A program made the position numbers and the translations under genes. The notes beneath the pieces are model-generated. The model was not told the DNA's origin. It worked only from the letters and a program-made list of their open reading frames with translations, and did no database searches. Below are positions 41,432 through 52,517 of a DNA stretch of 64,000 nt, one piece after another; the stretch's first letter is position 1; every line of letters begins with the position of its first letter. Origin of the DNA: Felis catus (lineage: Eukaryota); assembly GCF_018350175.1 (NCBI RefSeq), contig NC_058368.1:19532001-19596000 (forward strand), read 5' to 3'.

Positions 41432-42659
41432 TAGGGCTATCTGGCAAAAATAGACTTTCTCGGTTTTTTTTTTTTTAAATATATTTTCCTGTCTGTTAAT
41501 TTAAATTCTATAGCCCAAAAGGCTGCCTTTCCAGTTTTTCACTTCGTTCTCGGTCTGGAGGTGTCTCTCTCGTTGTGTCCCTCCTTCCCCGACACCTAGA
41601 GCGAGGCGGTGTCGGCCTCCTTGGTCTTACGTTCTACGCTGCCCTCGCTATCATTGTCTGCGTCCGTCCAAGCCCGACGTTCGGTCACCCGCCTCCCCCA
41701 TCACTGCAGGCGCAGCCGCGGTTTGCTGTCCGGGAAGGTTAGCCGCGGGGTGCCCTCCAGTAGCGAGACCCACTGCCCCGCTCCACAGAGCTCTCCAGGA
41801 TTGCATGTGTCTCAGTCCTCAGGTTATGTCCGCGGCTTCACGCCTCAGTGGATTGGAATCTTCCTTTGCTGGTGTTCTCTCTTATAGAAGTGAAACTGTA
41901 TGCAGATGAGCAACATAAATTATTCTCATTTTTACTGCTTCAACCAGATATGTCCTCTGTCACTCTTTTCTCCTGCTCACACCACCATGCCCTTTCCAAA
42001 GTCCTTATAAGCCCGCAGTCCCCTCAGCAACTGAGATCGGAATCTGCTCAGCTGAAGGGGCCGTGCCCTCGGTCACACCACTCGCCCGCATCTGTCCCCC
42101 CGCACCCCAGTCCTCGAAAGCCTTCCTGCCTCAGGATCCGAAGATTCACGCAAAACAAAACAAAACAAAACAAACAAAAAAGTTATACAGAGATGCGTTC
42201 TATAGGAAGGACTGATTTTCTGTTTGGACATTCATCACTTTTAAGTAGCGTTTATTGTACTCATTCCGATTCTCGTGTTCCAAAAACAATAGCTAACATG
42301 CATTGCGTTATTATGACCCAGACACTCTGCAAAGTGATAGATGTTCCTTGCAGGATATTTGGAAGATTCTGAGAACTATAAAGAAGAAAATGAAATTACT
42401 CCTTATCCTAGCCTTCGGAGAGCCACTGTTAGCATTTCATGTTCCTTCCAGACTTTTGTATGCATCTACAAATGTAGGTAACTTTTAAGAATGCAGAATC
42501 AAAGCCACGTTATGTTTTGTACTTCGGTGCTTTACTTTCACATGTGATGTTGCATTATAGAAACGATCACCGGTAGTGGAGCCTCCTTTATTTCCTCCTT
42601 TGCCCCTCGGGCCACCCAGCGCCCACCATTGAGGACTCACCTGAGGGTGTCCCCTGCAG

Positions 42660-42802
42660 GCGTGCTCTGCGGGATGATTGCCATCGCGGATGCTGTCAAG
42701 CAGGAGGCAGCCCTGGCCGTGCACACGCTGAAGAGCATGGGCGTGGACGTGGTTCTGATCACTGGGGACAACCGGAAGACGGCCAGAGCCATTGCCACCC
42801 AG
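42660..42802 (+). CDS. ATP7B: ATP7B exon 17 (143 nt; TGDN)
   Basis: tgcag|GCGTGC...CAG|gtgggc; [13 protein letters not shown]...[10 protein letters not shown]. Confidence 0.97.
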
Positions 42803-43138
42803 GTGGGCGCTGGGGGCCGGGGATCTTCCCCCTTTCAAATTGATCTTAAGCCCACTGGAGCAGTTTGAGGGGGAAAAGTCAGCGACAGCCAGCGCATCCA
42901 GTGCCCCACCTTGCGTCTGGTCTTTCCCCGTGCTGGGTGCGTTTCTCTCCTCATGCTCTGTTCTGGCCCGAGCTGTGCAGCATCCCATGGGAGACCACTG
43001 TGCTGCCGTTGCAGAAGGCAATTCCAACGTCCTCTGCATCTGTATCTCCAATGGGGAAAAAAAAAATCATGGCTTGAGAGTTGAAATATACAACTTTCTA
43101 GATTTGGGGTTTAAGGGAATGTTTTGTCAGCTCAGCTC

Positions 43139-43350
43139 TTTTTTTTTTAACGTTTATTTTTGAGTGAGAGAGAGAGAGAGCACGCATGAGTGGGGAAGGG
43201 CAGAGGGAGAGGGAGACACGGAATCTGAAGCAGACTCCAGGCTCCGAGCTGTCAGCACAGAGCCTGACGTGGGGCTCGAACCCAAGGACCGTGAGATCAC
43301 GACCTGAGCCGAGGTCGGACGCTCCACCGACCGAGCCACTTGGGTGCCCC
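43139..43350 (-). mobile_element. Feliform CAN-SINE
   Basis: TSD agctcagctctt. Confidence 0.93.
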
Positions 43351-44440
43351 AGCTCAGCTCTTCCCAAGTGTGTGCAGCCGACACGGCTGGGTCGCGGGCA
43401 GTTCTCCAGCAACGCTCACTCCCAGGCACTGCTTCCTGTCCGCCCGACTCCGCCCAGGCCGATGGCTCCGGTGCAAATCCCTAAAAATTACACAGCCTCC
43501 CCAAAGAGGTGTAAAGTGTATGTTTTTGAAAATGAACTGCTTCCTATAAGGGAAGCCCCAGTACCTCTCTAAACGTGGCCTTCCTTGCTAACGATGGTCT
43601 TGTTGAGTACCCATGCCTCTTCCTGGTTAAAAATCATTTATCAGTTCAGCAAGCGCTTCCTAAGCACCACCTATGTGACAGGCCACAGAGCAGAGTGAAG
43701 AGGGCACCTGCCCTCCAGCAGCTCACTGCGCTGGGGGGAGGGTGGACCAGTGACCAGGGTTGAACTGAGGGCTCAGTTCTCCAACAGAAAAGTGCACAGG
43801 ACATGTGGGGGATGCCAGATCACACCCCCACCCCCGCCCTGGCAAGGGCTGGAGACCCCTGCCCAGGGGAGGAAATGCTTGAGCAGGGGTGGTCAGATGA
43901 AGAAAAGGGGGAGGGATGGAGAAAGGGTAGCCGACGGGTCCAGGACAGAGCAGGCAGCCTGAGCTCCCCAGCAGTGGGCTGGAGAGCTGCCAGGAGCTGA
44001 ACGGGGCAGAGTCCAGGCTGGGCCTGCTGGGCCACAAGGCAGGAGGCCAGAGACACGCAGAAACCAGTTATGGGGGGGGCCTCGGGAGGCAGACCGAGGA
44101 GTGCGGTTGTCATCCTAAGGGAAGTGGGAGCCACTGGAAGTCTTTAAGCAGGAGGGTAGCGTGATCGGCTGACCACTGCTTCGGGAAGACCACGGTGGGC
44201 ATAGGGGGAGGGGAGGCTGGGAGGTGGGCAGGGAGACCCGCAGGGGCCTAAGCCTCCGTGGAAGTGGGGGAGGGCACCAGGATGGGCACGCATGCCCTGG
44301 GATCTGCCGGGTTTGGTGACTGACGTCATCGGCTGGACCGGGGGAAGATGACTCACACATTTCTGCTACTGTTCACCGTCCTTTGCCAACAGCAGGTGTC
44401 GTGTGTTTGTTCCTTGACTTCTCTTTTCCTTTCCCTTTAG

Positions 44441-44695
<255 letters not shown>

Positions 44696-44744
44696 TGAGG
44701 GCCGTGGGACAGAGCTCCTGACTGACCGTGTGTTCCTCCTACAG

Positions 44745-44862
44745 AACGACTTGCTTGACGTGGTGGCGAGCATTCACCTCTCCAAGAGGACCGTCTGGAG
44801 AGTACGACTCAATCTGGTGCTGGCATTGATTTATAATCTGATCGGGATACCCATCGCGGCAG
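44745..44862 (+). CDS. ATP7B: ATP7B exon 19 (118 nt; YN motif)
   Basis: tacag|AACGAC...GCAG|gtaggg; [13 protein letters not shown]...[12 protein letters not shown]. Confidence 0.97.
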
Positions 44863-45304
44863 GTAGGGTGGCTCTCACCTGTTTGCTGACCTTTGACTCC
44901 AGCTTCTTTGACAGCAGGCTTCTGTCTGCCTGCTGGGTTCCTGCCAGCCTAGTGGGTAACCCGCTTCACTGGCTGCCAGGGCGTTTTAGAAAGAGTTTGG
45001 TTTCATTATGTTCTCTGCTTCATAAGTCTCTAAAGGTAAACGAAAGCTGCAGAGAGGGTCCCTGGGGTTCCCTGCTCCCTTGGAGCTCCTCCTGAAACCC
45101 ACGATGCCATTTGGGGACCGTCCCGGGAAGGCCAGGGTGGGTGGGTGAGCCCAGTCCCTTTGACAGCACCCCTACCCAGCTCCGAGACTGCCTGTTGGCA
45201 CATGGTCATGACGTGGCAGCAGGGGCTTCTGAGCCACCCCAAGGAAGAGAACTTCACAGTGGGCAGCCCAAAGCGGTGCCCCTCACCTCTGGGCTGTGGC
45301 GTGA

Positions 45305-45430
<126 letters not shown>

Positions 45431-45583
45431 TGAGTCCCTGGAGGCGGGGGCATGTGCCACGGCGGCACCCCCCAAGCCTTCTCCCTCCGCCCAGCCACCC
45501 CTTTCCCTCTGCCTCCTGGGCTGGATGGATGTGTGCCATGTGCAGGTTCCCAGCGCACCTGAGGCAAAGACAGGACGGTGGAG

Positions 45584-45584
<1 letters not shown>

Positions 45585-45626
<42 letters not shown>

Positions 45627-45637
45627 CGTGTGTGTGT
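45585..45637. repeat. (GT)n microsatellite in intron 20
   Basis: Direct reading. Confidence 0.93.
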
Positions 45638-46052
45638 AATGACTTAATCAGCACCACGAGTGAGTAATTCTCCACCTCGCAGCCATCATCATATGCTCGG
45701 CTGTTATAGTTAGTTGGCTCAGGAGTTGTTGACGTGGAAATGTCATGTAGACATGGGATCCTCGTGCATTATTATTTTTCCTTTTTTGAAAAAGATATTT
45801 GTTCATGCTTTCACTTAACAAAAGTTAATGGCAGCCTATTATGTGCCAGGCATTTAGATAGCAAGTTTCTGAATCAGGTGAACTTTACCTGAATCCTAGG
45901 AGCTCAATACCCTCCCCTTTAAAATCCATGAGGTTTTGATACTGTATGTTATTGAAAGACTTTGATGAGAGGTCTTTGCCAAGTTTCCAAAAAGAAAAAA
46001 AAAAAGCCTCTGTCCACAATGTCTCAAATGCTCTTGGATCCTTGCCTTGCAG

Positions 46053-46326
46053 CTATAAGAAGCCCGACCTGGAGAGGTATGAGGCCCAGGCCCAGGGCCG
46101 CATGAAGCCCCTGACTGCGTCCCAGGTCAGCGTGCACGTTGGCATGGATGACCGGCGACGGGACTCACCGAGGGCCACGCCCTGGGACCAGGTCAGCTAC
46201 ATCAGCCAGGTGTCTCTGTCCTCACTGAAGTCGGACAGGCTGTCTCGGCACAGTGCTGGGGCTGACGACAATGGGGACAAATGGTCTCTGCTCCTGAATG
46301 ACAGAGATGAGGAGCAGTGCATCTGA
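46053..46326 (+). CDS. ATP7B: ATP7B exon 21 coding part (274 nt incl. TGA)
   Basis: ttgcag|[17 protein letters not shown]...[16 protein letters not shown]. Confidence 0.97.
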
Positions 46327-47070
46327 AAGCTCCGGGCGGGGACGGTCCCGGGGCTCGGTCTCCTTGCTGAATAGTCGGGCCGGCTTTCCTGGTAGACGGG
46401 GCTCGGGCCGGTCAAGTGTGGCACCAGCAGCAAGACGGACGAGGCTCCTGTCCGGCCTCGGGGACTTCCGCTCCCTGGACATTCCTGGTCATCTCTCCTA
46501 GCACATGCCGCATCCAGACGTGGCCCCTGGGTCGGCCCACCCTGCCTAGATCCCACTAGCACAGGGACCAGGCATCCTGGCCAGACCCTGCTGTTGGCAC
46601 GAGCTTATCGGGAACGTGGCTGGACTCTCGCAGAGGAGGGGACAGCCAGCCCTCCACACAGGCCTCTGCTTTTGTGTTTGGGATGATTGCTTGTAAAAGG
46701 ACCAAAAACTTGGCTGGGCCTTTCCTTAAAACTCATGAAAAGCCGTGAGTTTTTACAAGACCCACATGCATCGAGTGTCTGAGACCGCAGTTTACCTCAA
46801 ATGCACCCCATTGACTTCTGCCGGCACGGTTTCTTCCTTTTCTGTTCTTCACACTGGGGATGTGCCGCCCCCTCCCCCCCCCCCCAAGCCCTGCCCGGTC
46901 TCTGAGGGCATGGCTGATGCCGTAGTGATCCCTGCTGCTGCTCCCGGGCACCTCTGCCAGACTCTGCTCCCTCACATGCTTGGCCGGAGAGCCTGCCATG
47001 CTTCTCTTCAGGTTGAGGAGAACTTTCTTTCTCGCTAGTGTGCCGCTTGGCCACAGAGTCCTGGCCACGT

Positions 47071-47173
47071 GCTCAGCGGCCACGGTGGCCTCCTCCGTGT
47101 CTGTGGTTCTCTCGTCGCTGCAGCTCAAGTGGTGAGTCCCGTGGGGCGGGAGCGTGCACCACAGGCGGCACCC
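47071..47173 (+). repeat. Local duplicate of exon 20 3' part plus intron 20 start (source 45369-45470)
   Basis: 66/70 identity over 47071-47140 vs 45369-45438, then weaker gapped similarity to 47173. Confidence 0.95.
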
Positions 47174-47769
47174 ACTGGGCTGTCTCCCCCACAGAATGGC
47201 CTGCTGTTGTGGATTGTCGCTGCCCCACTGGAGGGAGGGTCTCAGAGCCTGAGACCTGAGAAATTCTGCTCCCTGTGGGGTCCAGGCACTTGGGACCCTG
47301 GGAGGCCTGTGGTGCTTGAAATGGGTGTCCCACGGGGAGGTGTGTGCGCTCACAGGAACCTCCTTGCAGGCCTCCGGGAGCTTCAAATTACATGGTCTGC
47401 TGCGTGACCGTCACCTCGTGGCATTCATTCAGAACTCCTGCCAGGCGTGCCCCTGGTGGTGTGCAACTCCAAGCAAACAAGGATACCCAAATCAGAGGAA
47501 ATCAGTTATTCTCCATGAGCTCCTACTTCTGCACCCTGAGTCAGTGCCTTAGGAAAGGAGTCACCACACCTTCCCCAAGGGAAAGTCTTTCACACTTTGA
47601 GTGGCTCTTTGTGGTGGGGCAGGAATGGGGCCAGTTTTAGACTCTAAAGTCGGTGGTAGTTGACAGAACTACATGGGAGTAGACGAGTAGGATGAAATAA
47701 ATTTTAAGGTAGAGCCCTGATCGCATACACAGAATAATTTTATTTATTGAGTATCAGTTATTTTTCAGG

Positions 47770-47955
47770 GACAATATAAGCACTTTCTATAGGTTACCTC
47801 TAATCCTCCCAGCATACCAGCAAAGTAGATACTATTGTCCACATTTTATAGGCGGGGCAGTAGGCCCAGAGAGGCTACGTATCCTGTCCAGGATCACACA
47901 GCCAGCACACTTGCCAAAACGGGGATCCAAATCCATGTCTCTTGGCTCTGAAGTC
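47770..47955 (-). mobile_element. MIR remnant in the 3'UTR
   Basis: tactattgtccacattttatagg...aggcccagagagg...ccaggatcacacagc. Confidence 0.6.
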
Positions 47956-48496
47956 TTTTCTTTATTGCCGCTGCCACCCGAATATCAGTTTGGTAAGAAT
48001 AAATAGGAAAAGGGCACTTGGCTCTTAGAAGAACAAAGCTGCCAGGCAATACACTCATTGTTATCAACTGGGCGTGAAATTTGACCGTGGGGTCAACTTC
48101 CTCACCTTCTCCTTGGATGGTTTGTTTCCATTTTCGCATATGATTCCATTCTGTTGGGTCTTGCCCTCTAAAATGCAAGTGCAGGGTTCTGTAGTGCCTC
48201 TATCGTTTTCAGTCTTCCTCTCCTTCCAGGCCCCTTCCCGTTCTTCCCTTCCTTTATTCCTGGCTGTGCTTGGGAGTGTTTCTTGTTTTCTTAACTAGGT
48301 TAATCATTGTCTAAAGAATCTAACTGCATTGATTTTTTTCAAAGGCTTTTAGGACCATAAACATCATGTGTATATGGCCATGAAAATATTTATATAATTG
48401 CACAGAATGTAACCTTTAGATGTTCAAGGGGTAAGGATTTTTGTGTGCGTCGGATAAGAGCAGTCCCTATTCCAAAAACTTTCCATGCTGTATTAG

Positions 48497-48502
48497 AATA
48501 AA
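48497..48502 (+). terminator. Probable main polyadenylation signal AATAAA
   Basis: tattagAATAAAgttt with U/GU-rich sequence downstream; further AATAAA at 47696-47701 and 47998-48003. Confidence 0.75.
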
Positions 48503-49812
48503 GTTTATTTTTATTCATCTGAAAGTCTGCCTCTTGCTGGCTCCGCGTGTGTGAGAAGCATAATTGAGGCCAGTGTGGCTCCGTCTTCACTGAGAACTTC
48601 TGCAAGGTGCCGGCTTTGGTCTGCCTCATCAGGGCACAGAAGGGCAGGGTTTTAAACCGTGGAGGCCGTGGGGGGTGGCCAGACCCTCTGATGTGCCACC
48701 CCTGGCACCATGTGGGCCCGTCTCCTGGATACAGGGCCTGCCTTGGCGGTGTGTGGAGAGAACCCTGGGGGGCGACCCCATCCAGGTATCTGTCCCACCG
48801 GGCCAGACACGGGCCTCGATCTGCCCCATTAGATGCACCTCTCTCATCGAGAGGAATCGTCAACAAAATGCTGCGTCAGACACGCGTGTTTTAATCCGGA
48901 GGGATGTGTTTTGGGTCCCTTGGCCCTAAGGGAGCGGGGCAGGGGGAGTAGTCGAAGAGTCTGGGCCAAGGGGCTCTGCTGGGAAGGCTCTGTGGGCATC
49001 TTGGGGTGGCGAGCGGGCCGCAAGCGAGCTCCAGCTGAGGCCGAGGTGACAGAGTAATTTATCATCCAAACCAGGACACTTTTAAGAGTGAAAGGAGGCG
49101 CTATTAATACTTGGCCAGGCCAGCCGGCCTGCAGTGACACTAGCCAGCAAACTGGGACGCGTGGTCACCTTCCCAAAAAGGGAGATAGACCTTGTGAAGT
49201 CACTGACACAAACTGCATCACTTCAGAATGCGGCTCTCATTGTAGATTCTGTGGACATGTTGGTGACATATCCTTTATCCAATTTGAGATTTTTCCCTCT
49301 GTCATATCCTGAGACCAATGCTTCTCCATAGAATCACTGAGGTGGTCATCTTTGTGGCCCAGTATGACCACATCAAGAACCAGTCACAGATGTGTCACAC
49401 TTCCTGGTGCCCTACGGTTTCTCCAGCACACCATGTAGGACTTCAAGCCAGGCACCCTTGACTGTTTTTCTGGAAGCCCAGGTGTGGGGGTTTCGTTGTA
49501 TGCATGTCTCCTTGTGGGAAGAGAGGATTCCATTTCTTTAAAAAATAGATCTTTCTAAAATTTGAGATCTCCCTGATACGATTCCACACGCACCAGAATA
49601 AATCACAGCGTCTATCCATTTCTGATAAGTTTTCAGCCTTTAAGATCTCCATGAAGGCTTGTGAAGGACAGAATCTACAATGAGAGCTTATAGGGGTCAC
49701 CCTATGAGCAAATAATAATTGTAGTTTTCTTGGTAAAGATGGCACCGGGAAACTGATGTGTCAAGAGGTAGATACTGAAGTTGTTCTGCTAGTTTACTAA
49801 GAGACCAAGATT

Positions 49813-50014
49813 GGGGTGCCTGGGTGGCTCAGTCGGTTAAGGGTCTGACTCTGGATTTTGGCTCAGGTTATGATCTCACAGTTGATGAGTTCAAGTCCCA
49901 CATCAGGCTCTGCACTGACAACGTGGAGCCTGCTTGGGATTCTTTCTCCCCCTCTCTCTACTCCTCCCCAGCTCAAGCTCACGCTCTCTCTCAAAATAAA
50001 TAAATTAAAAAAAA
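49813..50014 (+). mobile_element. CAN-SINE
   Basis: TSD aga(g/a)accaaga. Confidence 0.92.
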
Positions 50015-52375
50015 ATTTAGAAACCAAGAATAATAAAAGTGGCCTTAATTTTAAGAAAATCCAGCATAGACCAAAATCAGCCCACCAAATAGGTTAATTA
50101 GAAAAAGATTATTTGAATTAGGAGGTATTTTTTTTATGTTTTAAAAAATTCATGTCAATATTTCAGTAGGTAAATTCCCTAATGCATATAGAGTTCTCCT
50201 TGAGTTAGGAAAGTTTTATTTTGCATACAACTTTTTCTTAACTGCATCTTTTATTTAAAGACAACAAGCAGATACAGAGGAATGCATATACAGAGAAATG
50301 CTCTCAGCAAGCATTCACGCTGACTCAGTTTCCCTTTGCAGATGACCCTGTATGTGGGAGCGTGGATCTAGTTTGGAATGCACTGTGGAGCTGCTGGGAA
50401 CGAAACCACTCTGCTTTCTGCATTTTCTCAGCTCAGGCAGGGACACATACGCCGCTGTGTGGGTTTATCCCAGAGGGAGATGTCTACTTGTCTGCTGTTC
50501 TCCTTTGTGTGAAGACAATGGCAATGGTTGAAATTACAGGATAGAGTACGAGAATGTTAAATAGTGCCACGAAATCCCAGCGTCTCCTTTATTCGATTCA
50601 AAGAGATGAATAAACACATGTGAAATCATCCAAGGGCTAAGATGAAAACAAGGATTGATGGAAATGTAACATTCTTTCCTCTGAAAAGGAAATAGCTGTT
50701 ACTTCTTTTTACTTCCTATGAATGTGGTAACCACTTACAGCAAGATTTAAGCATAGAGATCTGTAAACTGGGGAGTGGGGAAATAGCACCCAAAAGGAAA
50801 CCCCACGAGCATGATTATGTGGAGGGCGTCCTTCGTGGGAGAACCACATGGAGACCCTGAGGGAGCAAAGCCTGTCTGTCTCCGGGGGCCCAGCGTCCTG
50901 ATCTAGTGGAGGGAGAGGTGCTGTAACGTGCCGGGGACGGAGCTGTTGTGAACCGACTGGTACCCAAGACCCCGTGACAACGTTCAAACCCTGGGAGGCC
51001 AGGCCGCCAGCTGTGTGCTGGGGCCACAGTGGGCTCTGTCTTTCCTGCTCACCCTGTCCTCGCAATGACAGTAAGAGCGGTGGGCATCAGTCTCATTTCC
51101 TCAGATGGGGGTGACCAAGCTGAGGGGCCTCCAGCGGACTGTCCAGGGGACAAAGCCGGGAAGGGTGTTTAAGCCCACTCAGCTCTGGCCCTGTGGGGCC
51201 CACCCACCTCCCTGCAAAGGTGATGCCCAGTGCTCTCGGCAGGAGAAGCTGGGCCTCCCTGGCACCCCTGGTCCCCGTCACATGCTTGGGGGAAGACAGT
51301 GTCCTTTCGCAGGACTGTGTGGTTTATCTCAAGAGCCACCAGGTGTCTCTCTGTCCAAAACAACCTCCTAGTTGGCAGCAGGATCCTAAATTCTCTTGAT
51401 CATTTTTTTTTTTTTTTTGGAGCATCTGGAAATTCAAATAAACCTCATCAAAATGAAAATGGGAGACGTGGCAGAAGGTGAGGCTGGAGTCTGGCTCTGG
51501 CAAAGGGGCCTCTGAACTACGATGTATTTGTCTGTGCTGGCAGCCCGCATTTAGCCGTGCGGAGTACATGGTGGGGACGACTCGGCAGTGAATTTCTCCA
51601 TCACCATGTGCGTCTGAGCTTCATGCTATTTCCAAGTTAAGGCTTTTTTTTTTTTAAGCTTGAACATTAAAAAAAGAAAAAAAAAAGAGTTTTAAAGGCT
51701 CATAGTGATTTTCAATGGCCCCTAGCTCTAAGTTCTGAGACTCCTGTGTTTGCCTTGGGTTTATAGGACTCCACCCCAACCCCCTGGGCAGAAGTGTGTT
51801 CCCCGCAGTGTCCAAATGACACCCTTGGGGGGTCACTTGATCCTGAGCAGGGCTTTCCTGCTGCGGACCTCTATTTCTTCTTCTATTTGGTGGGGAGCCC
51901 CACCCTCTTTCCTGTCCCGAGATAACGTGGATAAGGGGCAGTCCGTAGGAAACCCCCACACAAGTGCAAGGTGGCCGATGGTCTCAGGAACCTTACCAGG
52001 CAATGCAGGTGTCTTCTATAGAGCCTCCTACCTCATTGCGATTGAAAAAATAACAGAGCATGACCTGGGGCCTCGGCTCTCTCATCTGTACAAAATGGGC
52101 AGAATTACAGTTTCCACTTCCCAGGAGCATGTGAGGATACAATGAAGTCATCTGAGGAAAGCACGTCCTCAGCACGCCACAAATGTCAGCTGCCGTCGTT
52201 GATGTCACGGGTGATGGTGGATGTCACGGTGGATGTCATCTAGGATGAAAACAACTCAACCTTTCCTCACAAGCAGGTAAAAATTACCCTATATATTCCC
52301 TCACTGGGCCGGAGGAAAGCCCACTTACGGGTCTGCTTCTCAGACTTCATGGACCATGTGGCTTGCTTTAAGAAA

Positions 52376-52517
52376 TTTTTTAATGTTTATTTATTTTTGA
52401 AAGAGAGAGAGAGAGAGACAAGCAGGGGAAGGGCAGAAGGAGAGGGAGACACAGAGTCCAAACCAGGCTCCAGGCTCTGAGCTGTTAGCACAGAGCCTGA
52501 CGCGGGGCTCAAACTCC
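52376..52517 (-). mobile_element. 5'-truncated CAN-SINE
   Basis: Only the tail and 3' body are present. Confidence 0.88.

Larger units (their letters stand above)
46327..48520 (+). other. ATP7B: ATP7B 3'UTR (about 2.2 kb)
   Basis: Runs from the stop codon to just past AATAAA at 48497; the AT-rich terminal block resembles the recalled human ATP7B mRNA end. Confidence 0.75.

Noticed and set aside
47039..47131. Exon 20 copy acting as an alternative coding exon 20
   Set aside because: Both nearby acceptors (47038, 47056) put it out of frame after exon 19, it lacks the 5' part of exon 20, and it lies downstream of exon 21.
46733..47386. 217-aa minus-strand ORF sharing a peptide with the ORF at 45283-45675
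   Set aside because: The shared [16 protein letters not shown] is just the antisense reading of the DNA duplication; no evidence of coding.
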